A stretch of 64,000 bases of DNA, taken from assembly GCA_963704865.1 (NCBI GenBank), contig CAVPIE010000014.1:69937-133936 (forward strand). The letters run 5' to 3'. The stretch comes from an uncultured delta proteobacterium (GTDB lineage: Bacteria; Myxococcota_A; Polyangia; Polyangiales; Houyiibacteriaceae). The position numbers were made by a program, and so were the translations under genes. Each line of letters starts with the position of its first letter. Positions within the stretch are counted from its first letter, which is position 1. Below are positions 8,686 through 17,255 of the stretch, piece by piece. The notes beneath the pieces are model-generated. The model had not been told where the DNA came from, searched no databases, and saw nothing but the letters and a program-made list of their open reading frames with translations.

Positions 8686-10776
8686 CTATTGGTCGAATCT
8701 GCGAAGCTGGTCGTCGAAGCTCCGGACGCCTTCCTTGGCTTTTGCAAGTTCGATGAAGCGTGGAAGTTCTCCGGAGTTGGCGCTCTGCTGCTCGAGCGTT
8801 GCGAGGTCGACGGGGGCGTTGGATTCGTATGCGCGAAGGGCATCCAAGACCGTTCGGAGCTCGGGAGGCAGTGCGGCAAGGTCGTTGGGCGTTTCACCAA
8901 ACCCGAGGGCATATCGGGCCAGCCGCGTTTTGGCGTCACTTGGGAGACTCGTCCGCGAAAGCGTTTCGCGCAGCGTTTCGAGCACGGCGCCTAGCTTGCC
9001 GGCGTCCGCGACGGATGGGTCCTGAGCCAACTCGCGCAGCGACTGCGCGATACGCCCCTGCGCCGCGACCAATCGGAGCCGAAGGTTCTCGGACAGGGGG
9101 TGCAGCGAAATGGAGCCAATGGCCTGGTCCTGCAGGATCTGCATGGCGGCGTCGATGTTGCCGAGGCGCGCTTCTACAGTGGCGCACGGAAGGGCATATT
9201 GAAAGTCGTCATTTAGAAAGTCGCCGGATTCCTGCGGTGTGAGCTGCATCAGCCAGGGCGGGCTTCCGCGATACGCGAACGCACCATCGCGGGCCATCTG
9301 AGCATACGCGCTCTGCAGTGCGAGCAAGGTGCTTTGTTCATCCGGGCTCGTCCGAAACGCAAGGGCCCAGGCGAGATCTTTGGTAGCCCGCAGCTGATCG
9401 TCGCGTACACAGCTGCGGGCCGCCAGCGCTTGCGCTTGCTCGAGGTACTCGAATCCGCTTTTTTGGAGGCCGGCGCGGGTTCGCGCAGTGCCAACGGCAT
9501 GCAGGGCGAACGGGTTGTCCGGGTTCCGCGTCACCTCGTATTCCCAAAGCGAAGACGACGAGGCGAAGACTCGCGAATGAAGTGACGTCACGACTGCAAA
9601 ACCCAAGACCACCACAGAAGCAACGATAGCGACCGTCTTCCCGAGCGTTGCGCGCTTCCGGAACATCATCAGGAGCCCGCGAGCGAAAAGCGACGCGACC
9701 CCGAGCATCGGAAGGTAGAGAAAACGGTCCGCCGTGAGATTTCGGCTGCCGAGGTCGATCAGGTTCGCCACCGGCAGCAGCGGAACGACCACCCATAGTG
9801 CGTCGGCGAACACCGGGCGCCATGCATGCCTGCGGTACGCGACGACGCCAAGCAGGATCACCACAGCGAGGACTACGGTCCCCCCGATCCACCACGCGGC
9901 CGGCAGGACCTCGCCGCCCTCGCATTCGTAGAGACGCATTCCAGGGAAGGCAGTCGGATTCCAAGGCGAGAAGATCTGCTGCGCGTACAAACCAAACGAC
10001 GCCAGAGCCCTCGGTAGCGCGCCGCGGGTCGGCCCGCTTGGAAGCGCGACGTCGATGATCCAAACGCGGGCGAGCAGCGCGACGACCACCGGCGCGATGA
10101 GTGCGATCGATGCCGAGCGCTCGCGACGTCCCTGCAGCAAGAATCGATCGGCCAAGAGCAAGGGTGCCCCGACGATCGCCGATTCCTTTGCGAACAGCGC
10201 CAGGGCGAGCAGAATCCCGGCGAGCCAACTGCGGCGCGAGTCAAACGCGAGGGCGGCCAAGAGGACCAGCGCGCACATCCAGAGCTCGGTGCTTCCCGAT
10301 ATCCACGAAACCGCCTCGGCGCGGCTTGGATGAAGCGCGAAGACGGCGGCGCCGAGGCCGACGGCAAGCAAGCGATGGGCCTCTTCGCCGGGCGGGATGC
10401 GTCGTCGCAGCCAGAAAAACGCGAGGACGCAGCAAAGTAAGTGAAGCGCCAGACTGACCGCACGGTACCCGGCGGCGTGCAGACCGAACAGGCGGAACTG
10501 AGCGATGTACGCGAACGTGACGATCGGCCTGTAGAGGTGATTGTAGGTCTCGTTGGCTTGCGCGGCGTCGCTCGAAACGTTCCAGAAGTGACTGGTCAGA
10601 GCTTCGCCATAGCGCTCGGGACTCTGAATGTTCTCGTTCGTACGGATCAGGCCGTTGTCATCCCAGGTGAACTCATCGCTGAGCCCCGGGATGAAAACCA
10701 AAACCGTGAGAAGAGCGAGAAGGATCGACGCAGCGCCCCACCAACGTTCCAAAGCCACCAGGCCATCGTATCTCAT
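8686..10776 (-). CDS. TMTC/PMT_2-like polytopic membrane glycosyltransferase-like protein with C-terminal TPR repeats
   Basis: N-terminal FTWDDNGLIRTNENIQSP motif, about 10 TM helices, C-terminal TPR-like helical repeats. Confidence 0.75.
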   Translation of the reverse strand: MRYDGLVALERWWGAASILLALLTVLVFIPGLSDEFTWDDNGLIRTNENIQSPERYGEALTSHFWNVSSDAAQANETYNHLYRPIVTFAYIAQFRLFGLHAAGYRAVSLALHLLCCVLAFFWLRRRIPPGEEAHRLLAVGLGAAVFALHPSRAEAVSWISGSTELWMCALVLLAALAFDSRRSWLAGILLALALFAKESAIVGAPLLLADRFLLQGRRERSASIALIAPVVVALLARVWIIDVALPSGPTRGALPRALASFGLYAQQIFSPWNPTAFPGMRLYECEGGEVLPAAWWIGGTVVLAVVILLGVVAYRRHAWRPVFADALWVVVPLLPVANLIDLGSRNLTADRFLYLPMLGVASLFARGLLMMFRKRATLGKTVAIVASVVVLGFAVVTSLHSRVFASSSSLWEYEVTRNPDNPFALHAVGTARTRAGLQKSGFEYLEQAQALAARSCVRDDQLRATKDLAWALAFRTSPDEQSTLLALQSAYAQMARDGAFAYRGSPPWLMQLTPQESGDFLNDDFQYALPCATVEARLGNIDAAMQILQDQAIGSISLHPLSENLRLRLVAAQGRIAQSLRELAQDPSVADAGKLGAVLETLRETLSRTSLPSDAKTRLARYALGFGETPNDLAALPPELRTVLDALRAYESNAPVDLATLEQQSANSGELPRFIELAKAKEGVRSFDDQLRRFDQ

Positions 10777-10877
10777 CGTCCAGATTGGCTAAGAAAAACT
10801 CGGTGGCTTCTCGCGCTAGCAGCGCCCCTGCGGCCTCGCCGTGTGCTTTGGGGAGTCTGTGCTACAAAAGCCGCTTC

Positions 10878-12617
10878 ATGTCTGAGTTACTTTCCCTAGA
10901 GCAGGCCCCCGCGGGCCTCGGCGCCGCCTTGCGCAACGCCGGTTTTGAGAGCTTCACCGCCATCCAGCAGGCCATTTTGGACCCCGGGTTGAAGGGTCGC
11001 GATTTGCGAATTTCCTCCCAAACGGGATCCGGAAAAACGGTGGCCCTGGGGCTGCTCCTGGCGCCCTCCGTCGCGATCGCCGCTGCCACGGCCAAGCCGA
11101 AGAAGTCCCGCAAGTCCATTGCGGCCGCCCCGGTGACTCTGCTCGTCGCCCCGACTCGCGAGCTCGCCGGCCAGCTCGGGCGTGAGCTTCGCTGGCTCTA
11201 CGAACCGCTCGGGGCCCGTGTCCTCGTGGTGACCGGTGGCACCAGCGTGATGCAGGAGCGATATCAGCTGTCCACCCTTCCCCAGGTCGTCATTGGCACT
11301 CCTGGTCGTCTTCTCGATCATCTGAAGGCCGGCGCCCTGAAGCTCGATCAGCTCAAGACCATCGCGCTCGACGAAGCCGATGAGATGCTCGATATGAACT
11401 TCGAGGAGGAGCTCGACGGCATCCTCGGCTTCGCGCCCGAGGCCCGTCGCACCCACCTGGTGTCGGCGACGTTTCCACGCGAAGTGGTGAGACTCGCGGA
11501 CCGGCTCCAGCAAGACGCCGTCTCGGTACAAGGTACGGCGCTCGGCAAGGCGAACGCCGACATCGAGCACCTCGTGATGCACGTCCGCCAAGCTGATCGA
11601 TTCCATGCGGCGATCAACGTCTTGCTCCGCTACCCGGATGACAAGACCCTTCTCTTCGTGCGAACCCGAACGGAAACGGTTCGACTTGCCGATGAGCTTT
11701 GCGCGGCCGGCCTCGCGGCGCGTGCGCTCAATGGCGAAATGACCCAGCGCGAGCGAACCGCGACATTCACTCAGTTTCGAAACGGCGCCGTTCGTTACCT
11801 CGTCGCCACAGACGTCGCGGCGCGCGGCCTCGACGTGCAAGACATCGGCCGGGTGATTCAAGTCGACCTCCCCGACAACGCCGACGTATTCACCCACCGG
11901 AGCGGACGCACCGGGCGAGCCGGACGGCGCGGCACCAACGTGCTGTTTGCGGCCGCGCACGCCGAGCGCCGAGTCCAGAGCACGCTGCGGGCCGCGCGCG
12001 TGGATGCGCGTCTGGTCCCCATTCCGACACCAGAGGAGATTTTCGCGGCCGCCGACGAGCGGACTGGTGAAAGCTTTCTTCGCGACCTCGCGAATCAGTC
12101 CAATGAGCCGGACGGCCGGGCGAAGGATCTAGCCGAACGCCTGCTCGCCGAGCATTCGCCCGCGGAGCTCGTGGCCTGCCTCCTGAAACGAGAAACGGAG
12201 CGCAGCCAAGGAACCCCAAAGCGCGTCCGAGACGATGCCAAGCCCGCACGCCACGAGCGCAGCCCTCGCAAGGTGGGTCCGAAGGGGCAATCGCGGCAGC
12301 GACCACAAGGCGATTTCATCACCTATCAAGTCAGCTGGGGCGGACAGGCGGGCGCTGACACGAGAAAGCTCCTAGCGATGGTCTGCCGGCGAGGCGACGT
12401 GTCGAGCGAAGTCGTGGGCGCGATTCGGGTCTCCCCGAAGAGCTCGACCGTAGACATCTCGGCCAGCGAGGCGCAGCGTTTCGAGCGAGCGGTGGCCCGG
12501 CCGGACAAGCGAAACCCTCGCGCGCAATTCCGGCGATGGGATCCACGCGCCAAGGTGAAACCAAGCGCGAAAGCGAAGCGCCCGCAGCAGAGTAGCAGCA
12601 GCGCCCGTTGCGCCTGA
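10878..12617 (+). CDS. DEAD-box ATP-dependent RNA helicase with DbpA-type C-terminal RNA-binding domain
   Basis: ORF trimmed to MSELLSLEQ (ATG 10878). Motifs SQTGSGKT, PTRELA, DEAD (LDEADEML), SAT, HRSGRTGRAG. C-terminal DbpA-like segment and basic tail. Confidence 0.9.
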   Translation: MSELLSLEQAPAGLGAALRNAGFESFTAIQQAILDPGLKGRDLRISSQTGSGKTVALGLLLAPSVAIAAATAKPKKSRKSIAAAPVTLLVAPTRELAGQLGRELRWLYEPLGARVLVVTGGTSVMQERYQLSTLPQVVIGTPGRLLDHLKAGALKLDQLKTIALDEADEMLDMNFEEELDGILGFAPEARRTHLVSATFPREVVRLADRLQQDAVSVQGTALGKANADIEHLVMHVRQADRFHAAINVLLRYPDDKTLLFVRTRTETVRLADELCAAGLAARALNGEMTQRERTATFTQFRNGAVRYLVATDVAARGLDVQDIGRVIQVDLPDNADVFTHRSGRTGRAGRRGTNVLFAAAHAERRVQSTLRAARVDARLVPIPTPEEIFAAADERTGESFLRDLANQSNEPDGRAKDLAERLLAEHSPAELVACLLKRETERSQGTPKRVRDDAKPARHERSPRKVGPKGQSRQRPQGDFITYQVSWGGQAGADTRKLLAMVCRRGDVSSEVVGAIRVSPKSSTVDISASEAQRFERAVARPDKRNPRAQFRRWDPRAKVKPSAKAKRPQQSSSSARCA

Positions 12618-12641
12618 GCGCCCACGCCAAGCGAACGACCG

Positions 12642-13136
12642 TCAGGCTGAAGCAGCCCCGAACGGATTGGGCTTCCACATGCGAATGCCCAGCAGGAATG
12701 GAACGACCCAGTAAGGCCCGTTGAACGCCCAAAAGATCAACGGCTTGCCCGGGGGAGGTCCTATCCAGTATTCGTAGATCAGGAACTCGGTGCAGCCGTG
12801 CAACATCGCGCCGACGTAGACGAGCGCCATCGGCCGGATCCAGTTCTTCCCCTTGATGAACGCGTAGACGAGCACGAGATAGAACGGCCCGAAGATCATG
12901 CCGGAGATGCCGGTGTTGACCCGGACGAATTGGTGATCGCCCTCGAAGAAATGGTCCTGCGCGAGTTCGCCGTACCAGCGGTTTGCGGCAGGCCAGAATC
13001 CGTCCCCTTCGAGCAGTCCGAGCGCATGCCAGGAGTCCGAGAAGAACGACGAAAACGCAAAGAACGAAAAGCAGAGGACGAAAAAGATGTCTTGCTTGCG
13101 TAGGCTCAGCGGGAGACCGGTACCTGATTCACTCAT
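12642..13136 (-). CDS. EXPERA-domain membrane protein, TMEM97 (sigma-2 receptor)/EBP-like
   Basis: ORF trimmed to MSESGT (ATG 13136, 1 nt after the WS/DGAT stop). Four predicted TM helices. From memory of human TMEM97: YAFIKGKNWIRPMALVY resembles YAFLKGSCKWIRTPAIIY, RWYGELAQD resembles KWYAKEFKD, and NGPYWVVPFLL resembles YAPYLLIPFIL. Confidence 0.65.
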   Translation of the reverse strand: MSESGTGLPLSLRKQDIFFVLCFSFFAFSSFFSDSWHALGLLEGDGFWPAANRWYGELAQDHFFEGDHQFVRVNTGISGMIFGPFYLVLVYAFIKGKNWIRPMALVYVGAMLHGCTEFLIYEYWIGPPPGKPLIFWAFNGPYWVVPFLLGIRMWKPNPFGAASA

Positions 13137-13137
13137 C

Positions 13138-14580
13138 TCAACTCCGGGTGGGGATTGCAGTCGATTTCTGGCTGCTGCAGGCTCGTACCTGCGCGGCGGT
13201 GTGAAGCTCGCGAAATTGCTCGCCGACGCCCTCAACGATGTTGTGAACGTCTGGCAGCGCGTCCCAATCCGAGTTGAAGCCCCAGAAAACCTTGCCCGCG
13301 TAGCTGAGCACGGCGAGCGCGAGCGCCTGATTGGGAAAGAGCGGCATCATGGGATAGATCGCCTGCATCTCGGAGCCCAGGAAGTAGAGCGGCATGGACG
13401 GGCCAGGGACGTTGGTGACGACGACATTGAACGGTCGGTTTCGAGTGGCCGAGCGACTGAGCTGGGCGAAGAAGCGGCCACCGATTCGATCGGCAAGGCC
13501 CTCGAGCCAGGCCACTCCGAGTGCTTGCTTGCTGTGCTTGAGCTCCTGTGTGGTCTCAATGACACACTCCAGACGGGCCGCCGGGTCGCGCTCACCGACC
13601 GGCAGCCGGGCCATGATCATCGCAACCCGATTGCCGATGCCCTTCTCCGTGTCCTTCCGGACGTTGACTGGAATCAGCGTTCGGAAGTCGATGTCGTCCG
13701 TGCTGGTCGCATGCTCGCGGAGGTACCGTCCAAACGAGCCCGCAGCCGTGGTCAACACCACGTCGTTGATCGTCCCGCCGAGACCGGACCTCACCTCTTT
13801 GATCTCGCGCATCGAGACTTCGGTCCAGTCGAAACGGCGATGCGGGCCAACGCCATCGGGATTGAAAGGCGTCTTGGTCGCAGCCCGCCAGCCCAGCTTC
13901 GAGGCCTCCACGAGACCTTGGACGACATCGCGCGCCTCCTGCAATGCGGCGCTCGGCCGCCTGAGCGGCGCGAGGAGCTCAAACGGCGCTTGGATGCGGC
14001 GAACGAGCTCGGTTGCGAAGAGCTCCGTGCGCTGCGGCGCGGGACGGGGTTTCCATGGCTTCGGCCGGCCCTCGCGCTCGAAGGGACGGCGGCCCAGCAG
14101 AGTCTGGATGATGCTCACGCCCGAGATGCCGTCGGCCATGCAGTGATGGATCTTCGTGACCAGCGCAAACCTGTCGTTCTCGAGGCCGTCGACCACCCAG
14201 ACTTCCCAAGGCGGCTTGTCGATATCGAGCGGGAGCTCCAGCAAATACCCACAGACGCGTTTTAGGACGCGCTCATCGGCGGGTCGCGGGAGCGCGATTT
14301 GTCGAACGTGATAGCGCACGTTGAAGCTCTCGTCGTCGACCCAAATGGGATGGTCGAAGAGGGGAATCTTGACGAGTCGTTGGCGATAGCGTGGAACCCG
14401 GTCGAAACACCACTCGTAGTTGTGGACGATCTTTTCGAAATCGAGCCCACCGTTCTCGGTCCGTAGGGGGCCCGCGTCGAAGACCATGACCGCTGCTTCG
14501 TGCCAGCGCGTGTTCTGCTCCTCGAAACCGAGGAAGGAGGCATCCAAAGCGGAAAGGCGTTCGTAGAAGGTGTGCGACAT
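13138..14580 (-). CDS. wax ester synthase/diacylglycerol acyltransferase (WS/DGAT)
   Basis: ORF trimmed to MSHTFYERLSALDASFL (ATG 14580). Catalytic HHxxxDG motif (KIHHCMADGISG). Typical WS/DGAT C-terminal NVPGP motif (VVVTNVPGP). Confidence 0.9.
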   Translation of the reverse strand: MSHTFYERLSALDASFLGFEEQNTRWHEAAVMVFDAGPLRTENGGLDFEKIVHNYEWCFDRVPRYRQRLVKIPLFDHPIWVDDESFNVRYHVRQIALPRPADERVLKRVCGYLLELPLDIDKPPWEVWVVDGLENDRFALVTKIHHCMADGISGVSIIQTLLGRRPFEREGRPKPWKPRPAPQRTELFATELVRRIQAPFELLAPLRRPSAALQEARDVVQGLVEASKLGWRAATKTPFNPDGVGPHRRFDWTEVSMREIKEVRSGLGGTINDVVLTTAAGSFGRYLREHATSTDDIDFRTLIPVNVRKDTEKGIGNRVAMIMARLPVGERDPAARLECVIETTQELKHSKQALGVAWLEGLADRIGGRFFAQLSRSATRNRPFNVVVTNVPGPSMPLYFLGSEMQAIYPMMPLFPNQALALAVLSYAGKVFWGFNSDWDALPDVHNIVEGVGEQFRELHTAAQVRACSSQKSTAIPTRS

Positions 14581-14606
14581 CGGCAGGGGGCGGCTCTCAA
14601 GCTCTT

Positions 14607-15752
14607 CTACCCTTGGAAGGCTTTGACCGACAACCCCCTTTTGCGATTCGATCCCAGCACTTTGCGACGAAACTCCCGGATCACGGGAATCGGGTCGAGC
14701 CAAGCCGACGCATCCGCGCGATCGTTGTCGTGCTCACACAATTCCCCGGCAAACCCCTCTGGGATTTGACTGAAGTGCTCCGAGGCATCGGCGTCTTCGT
14801 CGAAGTAGTGATACTCGAAGCCCGGCACGAACAAGTCTTCGTCCGCAACGACATCGATGGTGCGAACCCCGAACGACGAGAGCTCGGTCGTCGTGGCCTG
14901 AGGGGGAATGATCCACACGTGCTTGGGGGCTGCCACAAACAGGTACTGCACCTTTCGGTTGCGCGAGAGGATGCGAAACCTCTGAAGGTTTCCGCCGTAC
15001 ATCGCACTCCTGAGCTCGCTGATCTCCAAGATGCCTTCTGCGAAGTCCGGCTCGAAGCCAGCAACGATCTCGAGCGAGGTTGGGTCGTTCTTCCGCGTGA
15101 ACCGAGCGATGCTGCGGCCGCCGTTGATGAGGTTCCGGCGATTGGCCGCGGCCTTGCGTCGGGGCTCGGCGAAATCTCGATACGGCCTTGTCCGCGAGCT
15201 CGGCGCGCTCCGGAGCAGAAGGTAGAGCGCTTCCTCGTCGTTTAGCGCGTGTCGCGTCCTGCGGTTGAGCGTTTCGAGCGCGGTTTGCATCTCAAAAGGC
15301 AGATCTGTGGTCGACTCGACGCACTCCGTGATTTCATAACCGCCGCGAGCCAGTACCTTGACGTCGCCTTTGCCGATCCAGAAATCACCATCGGTTGCGA
15401 TCACATGCGAGGCGGCGCGCCAGATCAGAGACAAGTCTTTGTAGAAGATGCGGGGAAAGATCTCCTCTCGGCCTGTCCTCGGGTGACGCTGCACGACGTA
15501 GGCTACGAAGAAACGCAGTGCGGGATTCTGCCGAACGTTCGTCAAAAAGAACCGAGTGTCGAAAAGCGAGATCTCATACTTGGGCGTGTACCCAGAAGAC
15601 AGGAGCCCGTTCGGGTCGTCTTTCGCTTCTCCTGCTGGACGTAGCTTCGCGCCTGAATCGAGAAGCTTGTGGAATTCCTGGGCCACTTGGCGAGGGGTCC
15701 GATCGGCGGGCCCGACGCTCGGCACGATGCGAGTGGGAATGGCTGCAGTCAT
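14607..15752 (-). CDS. conserved-looking hypothetical protein (381 aa), first gene of the WS/DGAT-EXPERA operon
   Basis: Long ORF with a clean ATG and no better-supported alternative in other frames. I recognise no domain. The acidic C-terminal part (EYHYFDEDADASEHF) and absence of TM segments suggest a cytoplasmic protein. Confidence 0.55.
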   Translation of the reverse strand: MTAAIPTRIVPSVGPADRTPRQVAQEFHKLLDSGAKLRPAGEAKDDPNGLLSSGYTPKYEISLFDTRFFLTNVRQNPALRFFVAYVVQRHPRTGREEIFPRIFYKDLSLIWRAASHVIATDGDFWIGKGDVKVLARGGYEITECVESTTDLPFEMQTALETLNRRTRHALNDEEALYLLLRSAPSSRTRPYRDFAEPRRKAAANRRNLINGGRSIARFTRKNDPTSLEIVAGFEPDFAEGILEISELRSAMYGGNLQRFRILSRNRKVQYLFVAAPKHVWIIPPQATTTELSSFGVRTIDVVADEDLFVPGFEYHYFDEDADASEHFSQIPEGFAGELCEHDNDRADASAWLDPIPVIREFRRKVLGSNRKRGLSVKAFQG

Positions 15753-15926
15753 GGCTGGTAGCGGGGTAGCGTACTCACCAGGCTTAGACCAGGAATACCG
15801 GGCGTTCCCGTCAACGCGTGCTCAGCAACGTCGATGTTCCGCTCGACGCTGCGTAGCGGATGCATCCAGACGCAGCAATTGCGGGCCCTGCGCGGCCCAT
15901 TCCCATGTAAACGGAGCGTTTACCGA

Positions 15927-15941
15927 TGGCACGCGACTTGC
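15927..15941 (+). promoter_or_regulatory. sigma-54 (RpoN) -24/-12 promoter
   Basis: TGGCACgcgacTTGC exactly matches TGGCAC-N5-TTGC (GG-N10-GC). It lies 24 nt upstream of the RCC1-lipoprotein ATG (15965), with an AAGGGGAGG Shine-Dalgarno in between. Confidence 0.5.
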
Positions 15942-15964
15942 GTTGTTTCACAAGGGGAGGATTT

Positions 15965-16804
15965 ATGCGCGTGCTCACGAAAATATCGATGCTGCTGGTG
16001 CTCACGTTTGTGTTGGCGACCGGTTGCGGCGGCTCGGCGGAGGATGGCCCAGCTGGCAGCGGCGGCGCTGGGGGGAGCGCCGGTGGCAGCGGTTCGGGCG
16101 GAGACGGAGGCGCGGGCGGAGCCGTCGGCCCTCGGTTCTCACAGTTGGCGGCTTGGGGAGAGCACAGCTGCGGGCTCTTGCTGGACGGAAGCGCCCGGTG
16201 TTGGGGGTCCGATGCGCACGCGGATGTCGAGCCGCCAGCAAACAATACGTTCCGAGAGATCCATACCGCAAACGCGTACTCCTGCGGTGTCCTCGAGAAC
16301 CAGTCGGTCGCTTGTTGGGGCGAAAGCCAGGAGACCGCAGTTCCGGACGGAGAGTCGTTCGCGACCCTCGCGCTCGGCTTCGACCATGCCTGCGGTTTGC
16401 GTGCCAATGGCACGGTCCTTTGCTGGGGCGGCCAAACGAACGACGAGGAATGCGCAATCAATGAGTACAATTGCGGCCAAGGTCTGTCGCCCACTGGCAC
16501 ATTCATGCAGATCGCTGCGGGGCACTACAGCAATTGCGGACTGCGCGAAGGTGGGACGGTCGAATGCTGGGGCGCCGGCCGAACGGATGATTCCATTTCA
16601 CCGAATTGGGGCCAGGCTATTGCGCCCTCGGGGAGCTTTGTCAGTTTGTTCGCTGGAGTTTGGCACTATTGCGCGCTCGATGCTGCCGGCGAGGCGACCT
16701 GCTGGGGCGCGGGTACGCGGAACGTCTGTAGCGGTCCCAACTTGCACTGCGGCCAAGCGACCCCACCGGAGGGTCAAACCTTCAAGAACGTCGCGCTGGG
16801 CTGA
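15965..16804 (+). CDS. RCC1-like beta-propeller repeat lipoprotein, blades 1-5, ending at an in-frame TGA
   Basis: ORF trimmed to MRVLTKISMLLVLTFVLATGCGG (lipobox). Gly/Ser linker, then five repeats of the form ..H.CGL...G...CWG. Confidence 0.8.
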   Translation: MRVLTKISMLLVLTFVLATGCGGSAEDGPAGSGGAGGSAGGSGSGGDGGAGGAVGPRFSQLAAWGEHSCGLLLDGSARCWGSDAHADVEPPANNTFREIHTANAYSCGVLENQSVACWGESQETAVPDGESFATLALGFDHACGLRANGTVLCWGGQTNDEECAINEYNCGQGLSPTGTFMQIAAGHYSNCGLREGGTVECWGAGRTDDSISPNWGQAIAPSGSFVSLFAGVWHYCALDAAGEATCWGAGTRNVCSGPNLHCGQATPPEGQTFKNVALG

Positions 16805-17020
16805 CTTCATAGCTGCGGAATCCGCGCAGATGACAGCACGACTTGCTGGGGCCTCGATCGACTCGGTTCCGGCGATCTCGATCCACCTTCGGGAGAGGTC
16901 TTCGAACGGCTCACGGCCGGCCAAAATCATAGTTGCGGTCTTCGCGCCGACGGCGTCGGGATCTGCTGGGGCTACGTCCCTTGCGGAAGCGTCGGCGAAG
17001 AACCTTGCGGAACCCCGTGA
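16805..17020 (+). pseudogene. same-frame continuation of the RCC1-like gene (blades 6-7) beyond the TGA at 16802-16804
   Basis: Own translation directly after the TGA: LHSCGIRADDSTTCWGLDRLGSGDLDPPSGEVFERLTAGQNHSCGLRADGVGICWGYVPCGSVGEEPCGTP, stop at 17018-17020. This gives two more perfect H.CG...CWG repeats in the same frame. Confidence 0.7.
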
Positions 17021-17255
17021 CCGTCATCTGAAGGACCCTTCGATCATACACTTCGTGTTAGCCAGCGATGGGCATTCACCAGCTCGCAAACAAGAGCGCA
17101 GCGGAGAGGCAATTCGAAGGCTGAACAGCGATCCGGGGTTTGCAGCGAACCCTTTGCTCGCTCGGCCGTTTGGACGGTGCGCTACGAGTCCAAGGACACC
17201 CGCACGATCGGCTAGTTCTAGCGCGCAGGCGGGCGACGGCTCAAGATACGGGAAT

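Noticed and set aside
16802-16804. Selenocysteine or other programmed recoding at the in-frame TGA of the RCC1-like gene
   Set aside because: The position aligns with a variable, non-catalytic residue of the repeat. Only a very small hairpin follows, and no sel genes are in the window. A nonsense mutation or sequencing error is more parsimonious. It is kept as a minor alternative in the finding.
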